A stretch of 64,000 bases of DNA, taken from Hormiphora californensis (lineage: Eukaryota; Animalia; Ctenophora). Numbering within the stretch: position 1 is the stretch's first letter; the number at the start of each line of letters is the position of its first letter. Shown here in pieces: positions 11,592-23,097 of this stretch. The stretch spans positions 2,604,001 to 2,668,000 of the forward strand of contig CM035357.1 in assembly GCA_020137815.1 (NCBI GenBank), given 5' to 3'. Below the pieces are notes generated by a model that saw only the letters and a list, made by a program, of their open reading frames with translations, had not been told where the DNA came from and did not search any database. A program made the translations under genes and the position numbers.

Positions 11592-13484
11592 ATGTCGAAA
11601 GATACAGAGATATCCCTCGAGCCTCCTAAAAAAGTACCTCGACTATCTGATTTTCCCTTCGTACCACCACCACCACCACCAGATAAAGTTCTCCTGTACA
11701 TCTTTAGTTATCTAGACTCTCCTGCTCTGTCAACTTGCCGTTTTGTTTGTAAAACATGGTATAAACTATCGGAAGCAACCTTGCAGTTACGAAAATCTAT
11801 GGTGATGTCCAATGTTGAAAATGTAGCAGAGTTCCAGAACACGATTCCTCGGTTTCCAGATTACACCAGCAAAGTTATCAGTGAAGGGGAACCTAGTCTT
11901 CATCATCTGCCTAGGGAGATGATCCTCCAAATTTTCACTTTTCTGGAGCCTGCAGACTTACTTAAATGCGGAAAAGTCTGTAAGCTCTGGTATAACATCT
12001 CCAGACGATCCTTACGCCCATTTTTTCGTCGTGTTTATTGCTATAATCACCTTTTAAAGAGACAGACACGGCCTCTTCTCTTCCTGCCTCAGGGAGAAGT
12101 TATGTGTCGTCCAGAACACGGCATCAACATTATTGACTCTTTTGCAGACATTTTGGAAGAAGTAGTACTTAATTACAGGCCAACTAGATCGGTGTTTGAG
12201 GTTCTTGGTAAATGTACAAACCTAAAATCAGTTGATATTGAATCTATTAACATAAAAGATTCTCTGGACTTGTTTCACACAATTTCGTTGTCTCTACCCA
12301 AATTACTTGATAGTCTTACTTTGACAGACTTTGATCAAGACACGATGCTCCTATTGCTGTCTAATATGTGCTATCTTCGCAAACTAACTCTCGATATAAA
12401 TGGGTCGTTCAGAAACGGAAAACGGGTTGCAAAGAATTTGAAAAGATTACAGCTACAGTCTCTCAACATTACTTACAGTGACGTGGACAGGGTGGAGACA
12501 GACTTCTTAATGAATATCCTAGATGCTTTGTCAGGAACTCTAGATAAACTTTCAGTGGCAGGCGGAGTCGAAAATGTGCTCGACTTTGATTCTCTTCCCT
12601 ACCTACGCAATTTAAAGTGCTTGGCTGTCAACACTTTCGGTGTTCTCATAAGCGAGGAAAACTGTGAGAAACTATTGTCAAAAGTACCCAACTTGATTGA
12701 ACTTGAATTCGATGGACTCTTTGAAAATTTTGAGGATTGCATGCTTCGATGCCTCAAAGGAAACCCGATTCGGAAAATTTTACTGTGTGGACGATACAAA
12801 GATAAACATCACTCCTTTATGAATATTCTTCGTTGTTATAGTCCCACTCTTGAAGAACTGACAATACCGATGGCATCGTTCATGATGGAAAACGGTTTGG
12901 TACCAGAATTTCCAAGGCTGACGAAGTGCACGGTAATTTGGGCCGAATGGCTTATCTCCAGTTCGACAGATGACTTGATACAAACGCTTCTTCCGCTTAT
13001 CGAGTCGATGCCCAATGTAGTGGATTTATCTTTATCGGACTTACCATCGCTACCTCTGGAATGTCTGCAGTCTATAATGAAGAACTGTCCCAGGCTAAGG
13101 ACGCTGGATATACCTGAAATTAATCCCAACACTAATTTATTTGCGATTATTGGTAAAATGTCGGGAGTTAGAACTCTCAAGACTTCTTATTCTGGCGAAA
13201 ATATCGCTTTTCTTGGTTCCTGCAAATCCCTACAAAATCTTGTTTTAACCAATCACAAAATCGAAGATAGAGACATCGCCCTTCTAATTCATTGCCTAAG
13301 GCATCTCAAGGATCTTAACATTACTAGCTGTCGGAAGGTTACTGGTGTATTTATTGAACTTATTTCTGGGCTAAAACGCCACTCACCGACCCTCACTATT
13401 CAATGTCCGAAAACTGTTAATGTTCGTCGTGAATCTATTCCCAAGTTTATAGTGTTAACTGGAGAGTACAAATTTGTAGATTAA
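11592..13484 (+). CDS. Double F-box / LRR (FBXL-like) protein, copy 1, intact and intronless
   Basis: Two F-boxes (PDKVLLYIFSYLD..CRFVCKTW and LPREMILQIFTFLE..CGKVCKLW) followed by LRR-like repeats (NCPRLRTLDI, LKDLNITSCRKVT). Confidence 0.92.
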   Translation: MSKDTEISLEPPKKVPRLSDFPFVPPPPPPDKVLLYIFSYLDSPALSTCRFVCKTWYKLSEATLQLRKSMVMSNVENVAEFQNTIPRFPDYTSKVISEGEPSLHHLPREMILQIFTFLEPADLLKCGKVCKLWYNISRRSLRPFFRRVYCYNHLLKRQTRPLLFLPQGEVMCRPEHGINIIDSFADILEEVVLNYRPTRSVFEVLGKCTNLKSVDIESINIKDSLDLFHTISLSLPKLLDSLTLTDFDQDTMLLLLSNMCYLRKLTLDINGSFRNGKRVAKNLKRLQLQSLNITYSDVDRVETDFLMNILDALSGTLDKLSVAGGVENVLDFDSLPYLRNLKCLAVNTFGVLISEENCEKLLSKVPNLIELEFDGLFENFEDCMLRCLKGNPIRKILLCGRYKDKHHSFMNILRCYSPTLEELTIPMASFMMENGLVPEFPRLTKCTVIWAEWLISSSTDDLIQTLLPLIESMPNVVDLSLSDLPSLPLECLQSIMKNCPRLRTLDIPEINPNTNLFAIIGKMSGVRTLKTSYSGENIAFLGSCKSLQNLVLTNHKIEDRDIALLIHCLRHLKDLNITSCRKVTGVFIELISGLKRHSPTLTIQCPKTVNVRRESIPKFIVLTGEYKFVD

Positions 13485-13647
13485 CAAATTGTTCATAGTT
13501 GATTTTTTATTTTAAACTTATGCATAACAGTTTGGCAGTTTACCTTGTCTTACTCGACCCCCTCTCCTGACACTCCCAAAATTCCACAAAACTAGCTGAC
13601 CAAAGTGATTTACTAAACCAACACACTATCCCCTTTAGGATTTATAC

Positions 13648-15539
13648 ATGTCGAAAGATACGGAGACATCCCTCGAGCCTCCTAATAAAATACCTCGACT
13701 ATCTGATTTTCCCTTCGCACCACCACCACCACCAGATAAAGTTCTCCTGTACATCTTTAGCTATCTAGACTCTCCTGCTCTGTCAACCTGCCGTTTTGTC
13801 TGTAAAACATGGTATAAACTCTCGGAAGCAACCTTGCAGTTACGAAAATCTATGGTGATGTCCAATGTTGAAAATGTAGCAGAGTTCCAGAACACGATTC
13901 CTCGGTTTCCAGATTACACCAGCAAAGTTATCAGTGAAGGGAAAGCCCAGTCTTCATCATCTGCCTAGGGAGATGATCCTCCACATTTTCACTTTTCTGG
14001 AGCCTGCAGACTTACTTAAATGCGGAAAAGTCTGTAAACTCTGGTATAACATCTCCAGACGATCCTTACGTCCTTTTTTTCGTCGTGTTTATTGCTATAA
14101 CACCATGTTGAAAAAACAGACACGGCCTCTTTTCTTCATGCCACAGGGAGAGGTTATGTGTCGTCCAGAACACGGCATCAACATTATTGAATCTTTTGCA
14201 GACATTTTGGAAGAAGTAGCACTTAATTACAGGTCAACTAGATCGGTGTTTAAGAGTTCTTGGTAAATGTACAAACCTAAAATCAGTTGAAATTTCACCG
14301 TTTGACATAAAAGATTATCTGGACTTGTTTCACACAATTTCGATGTCCGTGCCCAAATCACTTGATAGTCTTATTTTAACAGACAATTTTAATCAAGACA
14401 TGATGATTCTCCTACTTTCTAATATGTGCTATCTTCGGGAATTTACTCTCGATATAAATGGGTCGTTCAGAAATGGAAAACGCGTTGCAAAGATTTTGAA
14501 ACGATTACAGCTACGGTCTCTCAAAATTTCTAACTGTAAAAGGGTGAAGACTGACTTCTTAATGAATCTCCTACATGCTTTGTCAGGAACTCTGGAACAA
14601 CTTACAGTGGAAGGCGGACTCGAATATAATGTACTTGATTTTGATTCTATTCCCAACCTACGAAATTTAAAGTGCTTAGAAGTCAATAATTTCAGTGCTC
14701 CCATGAGCGAACATAACTGTGAGAAACTTTTGTTAAAAATGCCCAACTTGATTGAACTTGAATTCTATGGACGTTTTGAAAAGTTGGGCGATTGTATGCT
14801 TCGATGCCTCAAAGGAAACCCGATTCGGAAAATTAAACTGTGGGGACAATACAAAGATGATCAGTCATTGAAGAATATTCTCCGTTGTTATAGTCCCACT
14901 CTTGAGGAACTGACAATAACGATGGCATCGTTCATGATGGAAAATGGTTCGGTACCAGAATTTCCTAAGCTGAAGAAGTGCACGGTAATTTGGGCCGAAT
15001 GGCTTTTCTCCAGTTCGACAGATGACTTGATACAAACGCTTCTTCCGCTTATTGAGTCGATGCCCAATGTAATGGATTTATCTTTATCGAACTTACCATC
15101 GCTACCTCTGGAATGTCTGCAGTCTATAATGAAGAACTGTCCCAGGCTAAGGACGCTCAAGATACCTGAAATTAACCCCAACACTCATGTATTTACGATT
15201 ATTTGTAAAATATCAGGAATTAGAACTCTCAAGACTTCTTATTCTGGCGAAAATATCGCTTTTCTTGGTTCCTGCAAATCCCTACAAAATCTTGTTTTAA
15301 CCAATCACAAAATCGAAGATAGAGACATCGCCCTTCTAATTCATTGCCTAAGGCATCTCAAAGACCTTAACATTACTGAATGTCAGAAGGTTACTGGTGT
15401 ATTTATTGAACTTATTTCTGGGTTAAAACGCCACTCACCAACCCTCACTATTCAATGTCCGAAAACTGTTAATGTTCGTCGTGAATCTATTCCCAAGTTT
15501 ATAGTGTTAACTGGAGAGTACAAATTTGTAGATTATTAA
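13648..15539 (+). pseudogene. Double F-box/LRR copy 2, with two frameshifts (pseudogene or assembly indels)
   Basis: Near-identical to copy 1 across ORFs at 13648, 13934 and 14325; indels near 13942 (gggaaagcccag) and 14253 (taagagtt). Confidence 0.8.
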
Positions 15540-17073
15540 CAAATTGTTCATAGTTTGATTTTTTATTTTAAACTTATGCATAACAGTTTTGCTTTACCTT
15601 GTCTTACTCGACCCCCTCTCCTGACACTCCCAAAATTCCACAAAACTAGCTGACCAAAGTGATTTACTAAACCAACACACTATCCCCTTTAGGATTTATA
15701 CATGTCGAAAGATACGGAGACATCCCTCGAGCCTCCTAATAAAATACCTCGACTATCTGATTTTCCCTTCGCACCACCACCACCAGATAAAGTTCTCCTG
15801 TACATCTTTAGTTATCTAGACTCTTCTGCTCTGTCAGCCTGCCGTTTTGTTTGTAAAACATGGTATAAACTATCGGAAGCAACCTTGCAGTTACGAAAAT
15901 CTATGGTGATGTCCAATGTTGAAAATGTAGCAGAGTTCCAGAACACGATTCCTCGGTTTCCAGATTACACCAGCAAAGTTATCAGTGAAGGGGAACCCAG
16001 TCTTCATCATCTGCCTGGGGAAATGATCCTCCATATTTTCACTTTTCTGGAGCCTGCAGACTTACTTAAATGCGGAAAAGTCTGTAAGCTCTGGTATAAC
16101 ATCTCCAGACGATCCTTACGTCCTTTTTTTCGTCATGTTAATTGCTTTCATAACCGTTTAACGAGACAGACACGGCCTCTTCTCTTCCTGCCTCAGGGCA
16201 AAGTTATGTGTCGTCCAGAACACGGCATCAACATTATTGAATCTTTTGCAGACATTTTGGAAGAAGTAGTACTTGATGACTACCCAACAAGACCGAATAT
16301 TGAGGTTCTTGGTAAATGCACAAACTTAAAATCAGTTGAAATTTCACCGATTGACATAACAGAATATCTGGACTTGTTTCACACAATTTCGATGTATCTG
16401 CCCAAATCACTTGATAGTCTTATTTTTACAATAACAGACGATTTTAATCAAGACACGATGGTTCTCCTGCTTTCTAATATGTGCTATCTTCGCAAACTAA
16501 CTCTCGATATAATGGGAACGTTCAGAAACGGAAAACGGGTTGCAAAGATTTTGAAACGATTACAGCTACGGTCTCTCATCATTTCTTACCATGACTTGGA
16601 TAAGGTGGACTTCTTAATGAATCTCCTACATGCTTTGTCAGGAACTCTAGAAAAACTTTCATTGGCAGGCGGAGTCGAAAATGTGCTCGACTTTGATTCT
16701 CTCCCCTGCCTACGCAATTTAAAGTGCTTGGCTGTCAACACTTTCGGTGAGCTCATAAGCGAGGAAAACTGTGAGAAACTATTGTCAAAAGTACCCAACT
16801 TGGTTGAACTTGAATTCGATGGACTCTTTGAAAATTTTGAGGATTGCATGCTTCGATGCCTCAAAGGAAACCCGATTCGGAAAATTATACTGCGTAGAAA
16901 AAATTTCGAGGATCAGTCCTTGATGAATATTCTTCGTTGTTATAGTCCTACTCTTGAAGAACTGACAATACCGATGGCATCGTTCGTGATGGAAAACGGT
17001 TTGGTACCAGAATTTCCGAAGCTGACAAAATGCACGGTATATTGGACCAAAGATTGTTTATTCACAGATGATC

Positions 17074-20000
17074 TTCTTCTTCTGGGAGGACGCTGGCTAG
17101 TGCGAAGCACTAGCCAGTAAGGGGTGGGTGCCATGAGGCTCCCGTTCCCCGTCCTGGGTGGTGTGGCTGGTATGTTGCCAACTGCTTCGGCCCAAGGAGA
17201 CTTGGGGAGCTGGTGCCATACCAAGTCACAGGGGAAACCTCCCTTTAAGGGGTGGTTTCAGGGGGGTGAAGTATCTCCATCGCCTTCTTATAGAACGAGA
17301 TCGTTTTTCTAAGGGGTTGATGGTGTCTAATTTCGTACATGCTGAGGCCCAGCCTGTCAAAGGATTCCTGTCGGAGTTTCCAAAGGGCGGGGCATTCAGT
17401 AAGTACATGCTTTATTGTCTCGTCTTCCATCCCACATGCTGCACAGGTTGTGGTCTCGACTTTTTTTAATTTTTTCATGTGGTAGTTAAGGTGGCAGTGC
17501 CCTGTGAGTAGGTGTGTCGCCGCCCTTAGGTCTGTTCTATTAAGTTTTTGAAGAGGTCTCTCATATCTTTCGGTCCACATCATGTCCATATGTTTGGTTT
17601 GTTTGATGGGTCCGGTTTTAACCTTCTCCCTGAGGGCTGCATAGGCTGCCGCTTTGGGAATTGGTATGAGAGTAACTTCTTCGATTTCCTGAGCACCCCT
17701 TTTTGCCAAGATGTCTGCTATTTCGTTTCCATCGTACCCTTGATGGGCCGGGATCCATCTAATCATGACATCGTTGAATATGGCCAGGGTGTTCAGATTT
17801 TTGATAGTCTTTATCGTGGTTTTTGATCTGCATGTCGTGGAGTCTAGGGTCTTTATTGTCCCTTGACTGTCACAGTTTATGAGTATTCGCTCGTTAGCTG
17901 TTCCCCTATCCAGGAGATATTGAGCCGTCTGTTGTATGGCATACATTTCTGCCGCCGGGACAGTTCCTTCGGGGCCTAGGTTATACGAATTTCGAGCTAG
18001 CTCTGTTTCGCCAGAGTGGATAATGTATCCTGCACCGGCATTGTTGTTAATTTTTGACCCATCAGTGTGTGCAACTATCGTGTACTTGTCTCCATCCTCC
18101 AAAAACGTCTCCCTTTCTGGGATCTCTAACGAGAATTCCCTGTCTAGGGTGAGTTCCGGGGTTGTGAGATCGTGACATCTGCCCTCTGCTTCCAGAGTTC
18201 TGAGATCACGTGATACCGTGTTGGCATGCGAAGTGAACACTTTTGGGGTCTTTAGGTCTGATTTTATTGGCCCTTCCCATTCTCCCGTTGCCATTAGGGT
18301 GTATGCAGTTTTGGCTGCACAGTACCTCAGATGGTCGGTGATCGGGGCGGTGTTTGTGATTGTGTCTAGGGCTGTTGATGGCGTCGAGGGCATGGCCCCA
18401 GTTACCATCTTGAGTGCTAGCCTCTGTACCCTTATCATGTTTTCTTTGTTTGTTTTGGTTCGCATTGCATTAGCCCAGACCATTGCCCCGTAGCATAAGG
18501 TGGGTCTCACTATTGCAGTGTATATCCATAGGGCCGTTTTAGGGTTTAGTCCCCACGTGGGTCCCACCACTTTACGGCACTGCATCAGGATATTTTTTGC
18601 TTTTTTTATTTGTTTGTTTACGTGCTCGTTCCAGTTCAGTTTGCTGTCAAGGGTAATCCCTAGAAACTTCGTGGATTCGGACACTTTGATAGGGTTACCC
18701 TGAATTTTGATCGGGTTTCCAATTTTCACATTTTTTCGATGGGTGAATATGACTACATGCGATTTCAGGGCACTTAGTTTGAGCCCTACTGTCTTACACC
18801 AGGCGTTTATGGAATTAAGCCCCTTCTGGGTCGCGTCCCTTAGAGGGAGTATGTCCGCAGAGGGTCCATTTCTTCCGGAGGGCATTGTGGTTGCTACTAT
18901 ATGACATAAGTCATCCGCAAAGCCCTGTAGTTCACCTGGTATATTCTTTTTGCTATGGTTTAGTAGATCGTCCATTACCAGGTTCCATAGGAACGGGGAA
19001 AGTATTCCTCCCTGGGGACAACCCCGGGTGGCTCTTATAGTAAGGGACTCTTCCATTAGGTTCGTGGTTATTTCGCGGTTTGAGATCATGTAGGTGATCC
19101 AGACCGCTGTTCTTTTGTCGCGTAGCTTTGCATGAAGGGCTCTTTCCATAGCTTGGAATGCCACATTATCGAAGGCTCCCTCGATGTCCAAGAACGTACC
19201 CAGGGCAATGCCCTTGTGCATGAGGGTGCCTTCGAGTTTGCGTACTACTTTATGGAGGGCTGTTTCTGTTGAAACGCCTCTTCTAAATCCATATTGCGAC
19301 TTGTTTAATTTTTTGTGTACTTTTTGGTCTACCTCAATGTGCCATAGAATTAACCGTTCCATGAGTTTGTGGAGGTTTGACGCAAGGGTTATTGTTCGGT
19401 ATGATTTAGGCATACGATAGTCATCCTTTCCTGGCTTGGGCAGGTAGATGGCTTCTGCTTCCTGCCAGGATTTGGGGGTTACCCCTAGACTGTACGATGC
19501 CTTAGCTATCTTTGCAAATGGTTCAGCAATAATGTCTGCTACTTTTTGCATCATGATGGGCCTGATGCCATCCGGCCCAGCAGCTGTTAAGGGTTTAAAT
19601 TCCCTCAGCGCCTTGATGATACGTGTTTTCGAGAATGTTTTTTCATCAGACCACTCCCCTTCTGGGGCTTCAGTTTTGTCCTTGAGGGAGGGTCTAGTTG
19701 AGTGGTCCTCGCCAAAGTGAACCTCTGCCATTATCTGGAGGGTTTCTTTAGGGGACTGTGATAGTTCACCATTTGCGTCAAAGATACAGCTGAGATTATA
19801 ATCTTTACTGTTCTTGAGCACTTGGCTAACCTTCTGGGCATCTGAATATGCATCGAGATCTTCAGCCCATATTTTCCAGTTTTTAAATTTAGACTGGTTT
19901 TTGGTTTTTGTGTATTTGTTTCGAGCTGCTTTTGCTGAGTCCCAGTCCTGATGCACTTTCGTGGTCTGGGCGTGTCTCAGTTTATCAAACATTTCTTCCC

Positions 20001-21924
20001 TAGCTGCCTTGACCTCCCCACTGAGCCACGGGGGGTCTTTGGAGTGGGCGGAAACGTATGTTTTTGGGGTACACTTGTAGTATGCCCACAGCATCAGTTC
20101 TATTAGTTTTTCGTTGGCTGTTTCAAGTTCTTCGGCATTTGATATTACCATTTCTGTCAGTCCTGTTTCTTCTAGGCCCTTTTCCACAAGTTGTCTATAT
20201 AGGGCCCAGTTTGTTTTCTTAATATTGTAGAATGAGCGGATCTTGCTACCGTCCATGTCCCTCAACACAAATGTGATGGGTACGTGGTCGGATCTGCATT
20301 TTCCTTCTACTGTCTGCCAGTCTTGTATCATGTCCAGTGCATGGTTGTTGGTCATGGTAAGATCTAGCACATTTTTTCTTGTTCCATTGTCGAAAGTGTG
20401 GGGGCAATTCACGTTCGATACATGCAGATCAAGATCTACAATGGCATCTAATAGTGCATCTCCCCTTTTCTTCCCAATAGGATCTTTAACCAGTGCCCCC
20501 CAACTAGTGTTGTGGGCGTTGGTATCAGATCCAATTACTAGTTTCAGGTTATTTCTTTTTGCGTGGGCTGCCAACTCTCCTAGTAATTTAGGAGGGCATT
20601 CTAGCTCTCTGTCCATGTACATTGAGCATAAAATGACTGATTTGGTGCCCAGTTTGACAAGGATAGTGACTGTGTCCCTGTCAGTGAATTTGTCAAGGAG
20701 AAATACGTTCCTCCCTAGGTTACTATTGATTAAGATGCTCGCACGTGGTCTCTGAGCCCTTTTGTCATATAGGGCAGAGAATCCTCCGCTGGCTCTAACT
20801 TTAGATGTTTTCCCTATAATAGGTGGTTCTTGGGCTAGGATAATTTGTGATCGTGTTTGGTTACAGGTGATTATGTCATCCCATGCTTCATGACTTTTAT
20901 GGAGGTTAATTTGTGTTACTCTGATGTTTTTACTTATTTTCTTGGCTGCTGAGGGTCCTGGAGGCGGCCCTAGACTTTGCTGCCCCTCCTTCTGGGGTGG
21001 GGGCGGCAGATTGTCTTGGGCTCCGCGGGCAGTGTTGGACCTCCCTGTCCCTTCCTTTCGGAGGGTCATTTGGATTCCACCTGCACTATTCGGGGCTGCG
21101 ATTTGACTCTTCTGCCCTTTCCCTGTCGCTACACTGCCCGAATCTCCATCATTTAGAAGGTCAGCTTCTCTTACGGGCGATAGTCCCGTTTTACAGGGGC
21201 TGGTGCCCTCATGTAATGGAGGGTGCTCCCCGGATAGAGGGTGCTCCCTGAAGGGCCCTCCTGGGATGGGGGCCCTGTGCGGAGTTGCTGAGAGTCCTCT
21301 AGCTATTTGGGGGAGATAAGGGTAGTGAGAGTCCTCACTTAGATGGTTTGTGAAGGTAATATAATTCTCCATATAGCATGGGATTATGGCGGGTCAGTAA
21401 TGATATGCCCCGTTGTTTTAAAAGGGAAAGAAGAGACGCCTCGTGACCACGGAATTAAGGCCCCGTGGCCTGGGGGTCGGCGAATTACACACCCTATTGG
21501 CCTATATATTGGTTCTTTAGTTAGGTTATGTAAGGTCGGGAGCAAGGGTAGCCCATTTGATTTGGGCATCCCTGTAGTTGCCCCGTCCCAAAACTTGGCT
21601 CTGGTAGTTACAGGGGAACGTAAAAGAGCCCCTGGGTAATAATATAATGAAGTGTTTAACTCCGGTCTCTGCTGGTTTTCTACCATTGTACCTGGAGTGA
21701 ATTTATTAGTAGTTTGGAATTTTTGAATCTTGATTAAGGGGTTGGGTTAGTCCATGTTAGATGGAGAGACCCATTACAGGGGGTGTGTGGTTTGTCCCCT
21801 GGGTATGCTCTCCAGAGATGGAGTCTTTAGACACTATCGCTAGCTACATCCCTTTTAGTAGGGTTGTGCTAGACGTTAGCCCCGGCCCGCACTCCATCAG
21901 GCGTAGGAAGGAATCTCACCCTCC
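17074..21924 (-). mobile_element. Non-LTR retrotransposon (I group, Loa/Lian-like), apparently full length
   Basis: TSD cacagatgatc at 17063-17073 and 21925-21935; short (GAA)n 3' tail; intact pol ORF. Confidence 0.95.
17245..21372 (-). CDS. Retrotransposon polyprotein: APE endonuclease, reverse transcriptase, RNase H, CCHC knuckle
   Basis: QINLHKS, AQEP, GSDTNAH, SDH (APE); GCPQGGILSP, FADD (RT); TDGS, AEMYAI, CDSQ, WIPAHQGYDGNEIADILAK (RNase H); CAAC..ETIKHVLTEC. Confidence 0.97.
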   Translation of the reverse strand: MENYITFTNHLSEDSHYPYLPQIARGLSATPHRAPIPGGPFREHPLSGEHPPLHEGTSPCKTGLSPVREADLLNDGDSGSVATGKGQKSQIAAPNSAGGIQMTLRKEGTGRSNTARGAQDNLPPPPQKEGQQSLGPPPGPSAAKKISKNIRVTQINLHKSHEAWDDIITCNQTRSQIILAQEPPIIGKTSKVRASGGFSALYDKRAQRPRASILINSNLGRNVFLLDKFTDRDTVTILVKLGTKSVILCSMYMDRELECPPKLLGELAAHAKRNNLKLVIGSDTNAHNTSWGALVKDPIGKKRGDALLDAIVDLDLHVSNVNCPHTFDNGTRKNVLDLTMTNNHALDMIQDWQTVEGKCRSDHVPITFVLRDMDGSKIRSFYNIKKTNWALYRQLVEKGLEETGLTEMVISNAEELETANEKLIELMLWAYYKCTPKTYVSAHSKDPPWLSGEVKAAREEMFDKLRHAQTTKVHQDWDSAKAARNKYTKTKNQSKFKNWKIWAEDLDAYSDAQKVSQVLKNSKDYNLSCIFDANGELSQSPKETLQIMAEVHFGEDHSTRPSLKDKTEAPEGEWSDEKTFSKTRIIKALREFKPLTAAGPDGIRPIMMQKVADIIAEPFAKIAKASYSLGVTPKSWQEAEAIYLPKPGKDDYRMPKSYRTITLASNLHKLMERLILWHIEVDQKVHKKLNKSQYGFRRGVSTETALHKVVRKLEGTLMHKGIALGTFLDIEGAFDNVAFQAMERALHAKLRDKRTAVWITYMISNREITTNLMEESLTIRATRGCPQGGILSPFLWNLVMDDLLNHSKKNIPGELQGFADDLCHIVATTMPSGRNGPSADILPLRDATQKGLNSINAWCKTVGLKLSALKSHVVIFTHRKNVKIGNPIKIQGNPIKVSESTKFLGITLDSKLNWNEHVNKQIKKAKNILMQCRKVVGPTWGLNPKTALWIYTAIVRPTLCYGAMVWANAMRTKTNKENMIRVQRLALKMVTGAMPSTPSTALDTITNTAPITDHLRYCAAKTAYTLMATGEWEGPIKSDLKTPKVFTSHANTVSRDLRTLEAEGRCHDLTTPELTLDREFSLEIPERETFLEDGDKYTIVAHTDGSKINNNAGAGYIIHSGETELARNSYNLGPEGTVPAAEMYAIQQTAQYLLDRGTANERILINCDSQGTIKTLDSTTCRSKTTIKTIKNLNTLAIFNDVMIRWIPAHQGYDGNEIADILAKRGAQEIEEVTLIPIPKAAAYAALREKVKTGPIKQTKHMDMMWTERYERPLQKLNRTDLRAATHLLTGHCHLNYHMKKLKKVETTTCAACGMEDETIKHVLTECPALWKLRQESFDRLGLSMYEIRHHQPLRKTISFYKKAMEILHPPETTP

Positions 21925-22604
21925 CACAGATGATCACTTCATGATACAAGCGATTCTTTCAATTTTTGAGTCAATGCCGAATGTAGTGGATTTAACTATA
22001 CAAGACTTATCACTTTTACCTCTTCAATGTCTACAAGATATGATGAAGCACTGTCCCAAGTTAAGATCTTTAGAATTACCTCAACTTTTCCCCAGTACTG
22101 ACAAGTTGCGGAATATTCGTCAAATGTCAAGAGTTAGAACTCTCAAGACTTCTTGCTTTGGCAAAAATTTCGCTCTCCTTGTTTCCTGCAAATCACTACA
22201 AAATCTCGTTTTAACCCATAAAGCAATCGAAGATAGAGACATCGCCCTTCTAATTCATTGCCTAAAGCATCTCCAGGATCTTAACATTACTGTATGTCAG
22301 AAGGTTACTGGAATATTTTTGGAATATATTTCTGGGTTAAAACGCCACTCACCAACCCTCACTATTCAATGTCCGGAAACTGTTAATGTTCGTCGTGAAT
22401 CTATTCCCAAGTTTGTAGTGTTAACTGGAGATTACAAATTTGTAGATTGATGAAAATTATAAATTATCTTCTTAAGTAATATTAATACTAAACATACAAA
22501 CAACTTTGCGTTACCTTTCTTGTCTCTCTCTCTTCGGAACCACCCCCCACAAAACCAGCTTCAATAGACCATTGACAGAATGACAGAGGAGACTGAAGCG
22601 TAGG

Positions 22605-22655
22605 ACTTATTAAACCAACACACTACCTCTTTTAGGATAATGTCGACAAATGGTA
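22605..22655 (+). pseudogene. Relic 5' end of a fourth F-box repeat unit
   Basis: taaaccaacacactacctcttttaggataATGtcga matches the leader and start of copies 1-3, then homology stops. Confidence 0.55.
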
Positions 22656-22984
22656 ATTTTTTTGTCTTTTAAAAAGTCGGAATACCTTTAAAAAAATATG
22701 GAAAACTGTTTCTCGGCTCTCTCATATCGTGCCGTTTCTTATTTCTAATCTAGCTCACAGTCGTTAGCATTTCCACTCAAATACAGTACAGAGAGAATAA
22801 TAAAAACTCTGACAATCAAATATGAGGCTTATAATAAACAGTTATCCGGTCACCCAACTTTCTACTCTGAGTTAGGTTGAACAGTGACCAGCCTAGCTAA
22901 TCACAAGAAATGAGCATTAGCTACAAGTTACCCCATGCACACACCGAATTTCCCACACCGCCAAATTGTCCCGTACTAATTATA

Positions 22985-23070
22985 ACCTAACACTTACCTC
23001 ACACTAACCTCACACTAACCTCACACTAACAAACACTAACATCACACTAACAAACACCCCGTTTATCTAG
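22985..23070 (+). promoter_or_regulatory. Tandem CACTAAC branch-point-like motifs and a 3' splice acceptor upstream of RPP30
   Basis: Five cactaac repeats then gtttatctag, 27 nt before the ATG. Confidence 0.5.
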
Positions 23071-23097
23071 CAATGTGCTACGATAACCGGTGATATA

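Larger units (their letters stand above)
15702..22450 (+). pseudogene. Double F-box/LRR copy 3, interrupted by a LINE
   Basis: 15702-17073 joined to 21936-22450 restores the frame: LFTDD|HFMIQAILSIFESMPNVV...GDYKFVD*. Confidence 0.9.

Noticed and set aside
21761-22450. 229-aa ORF as an independent gene
   Set aside because: Chimera of the antisense LINE leader and the 3' half of F-box copy 3
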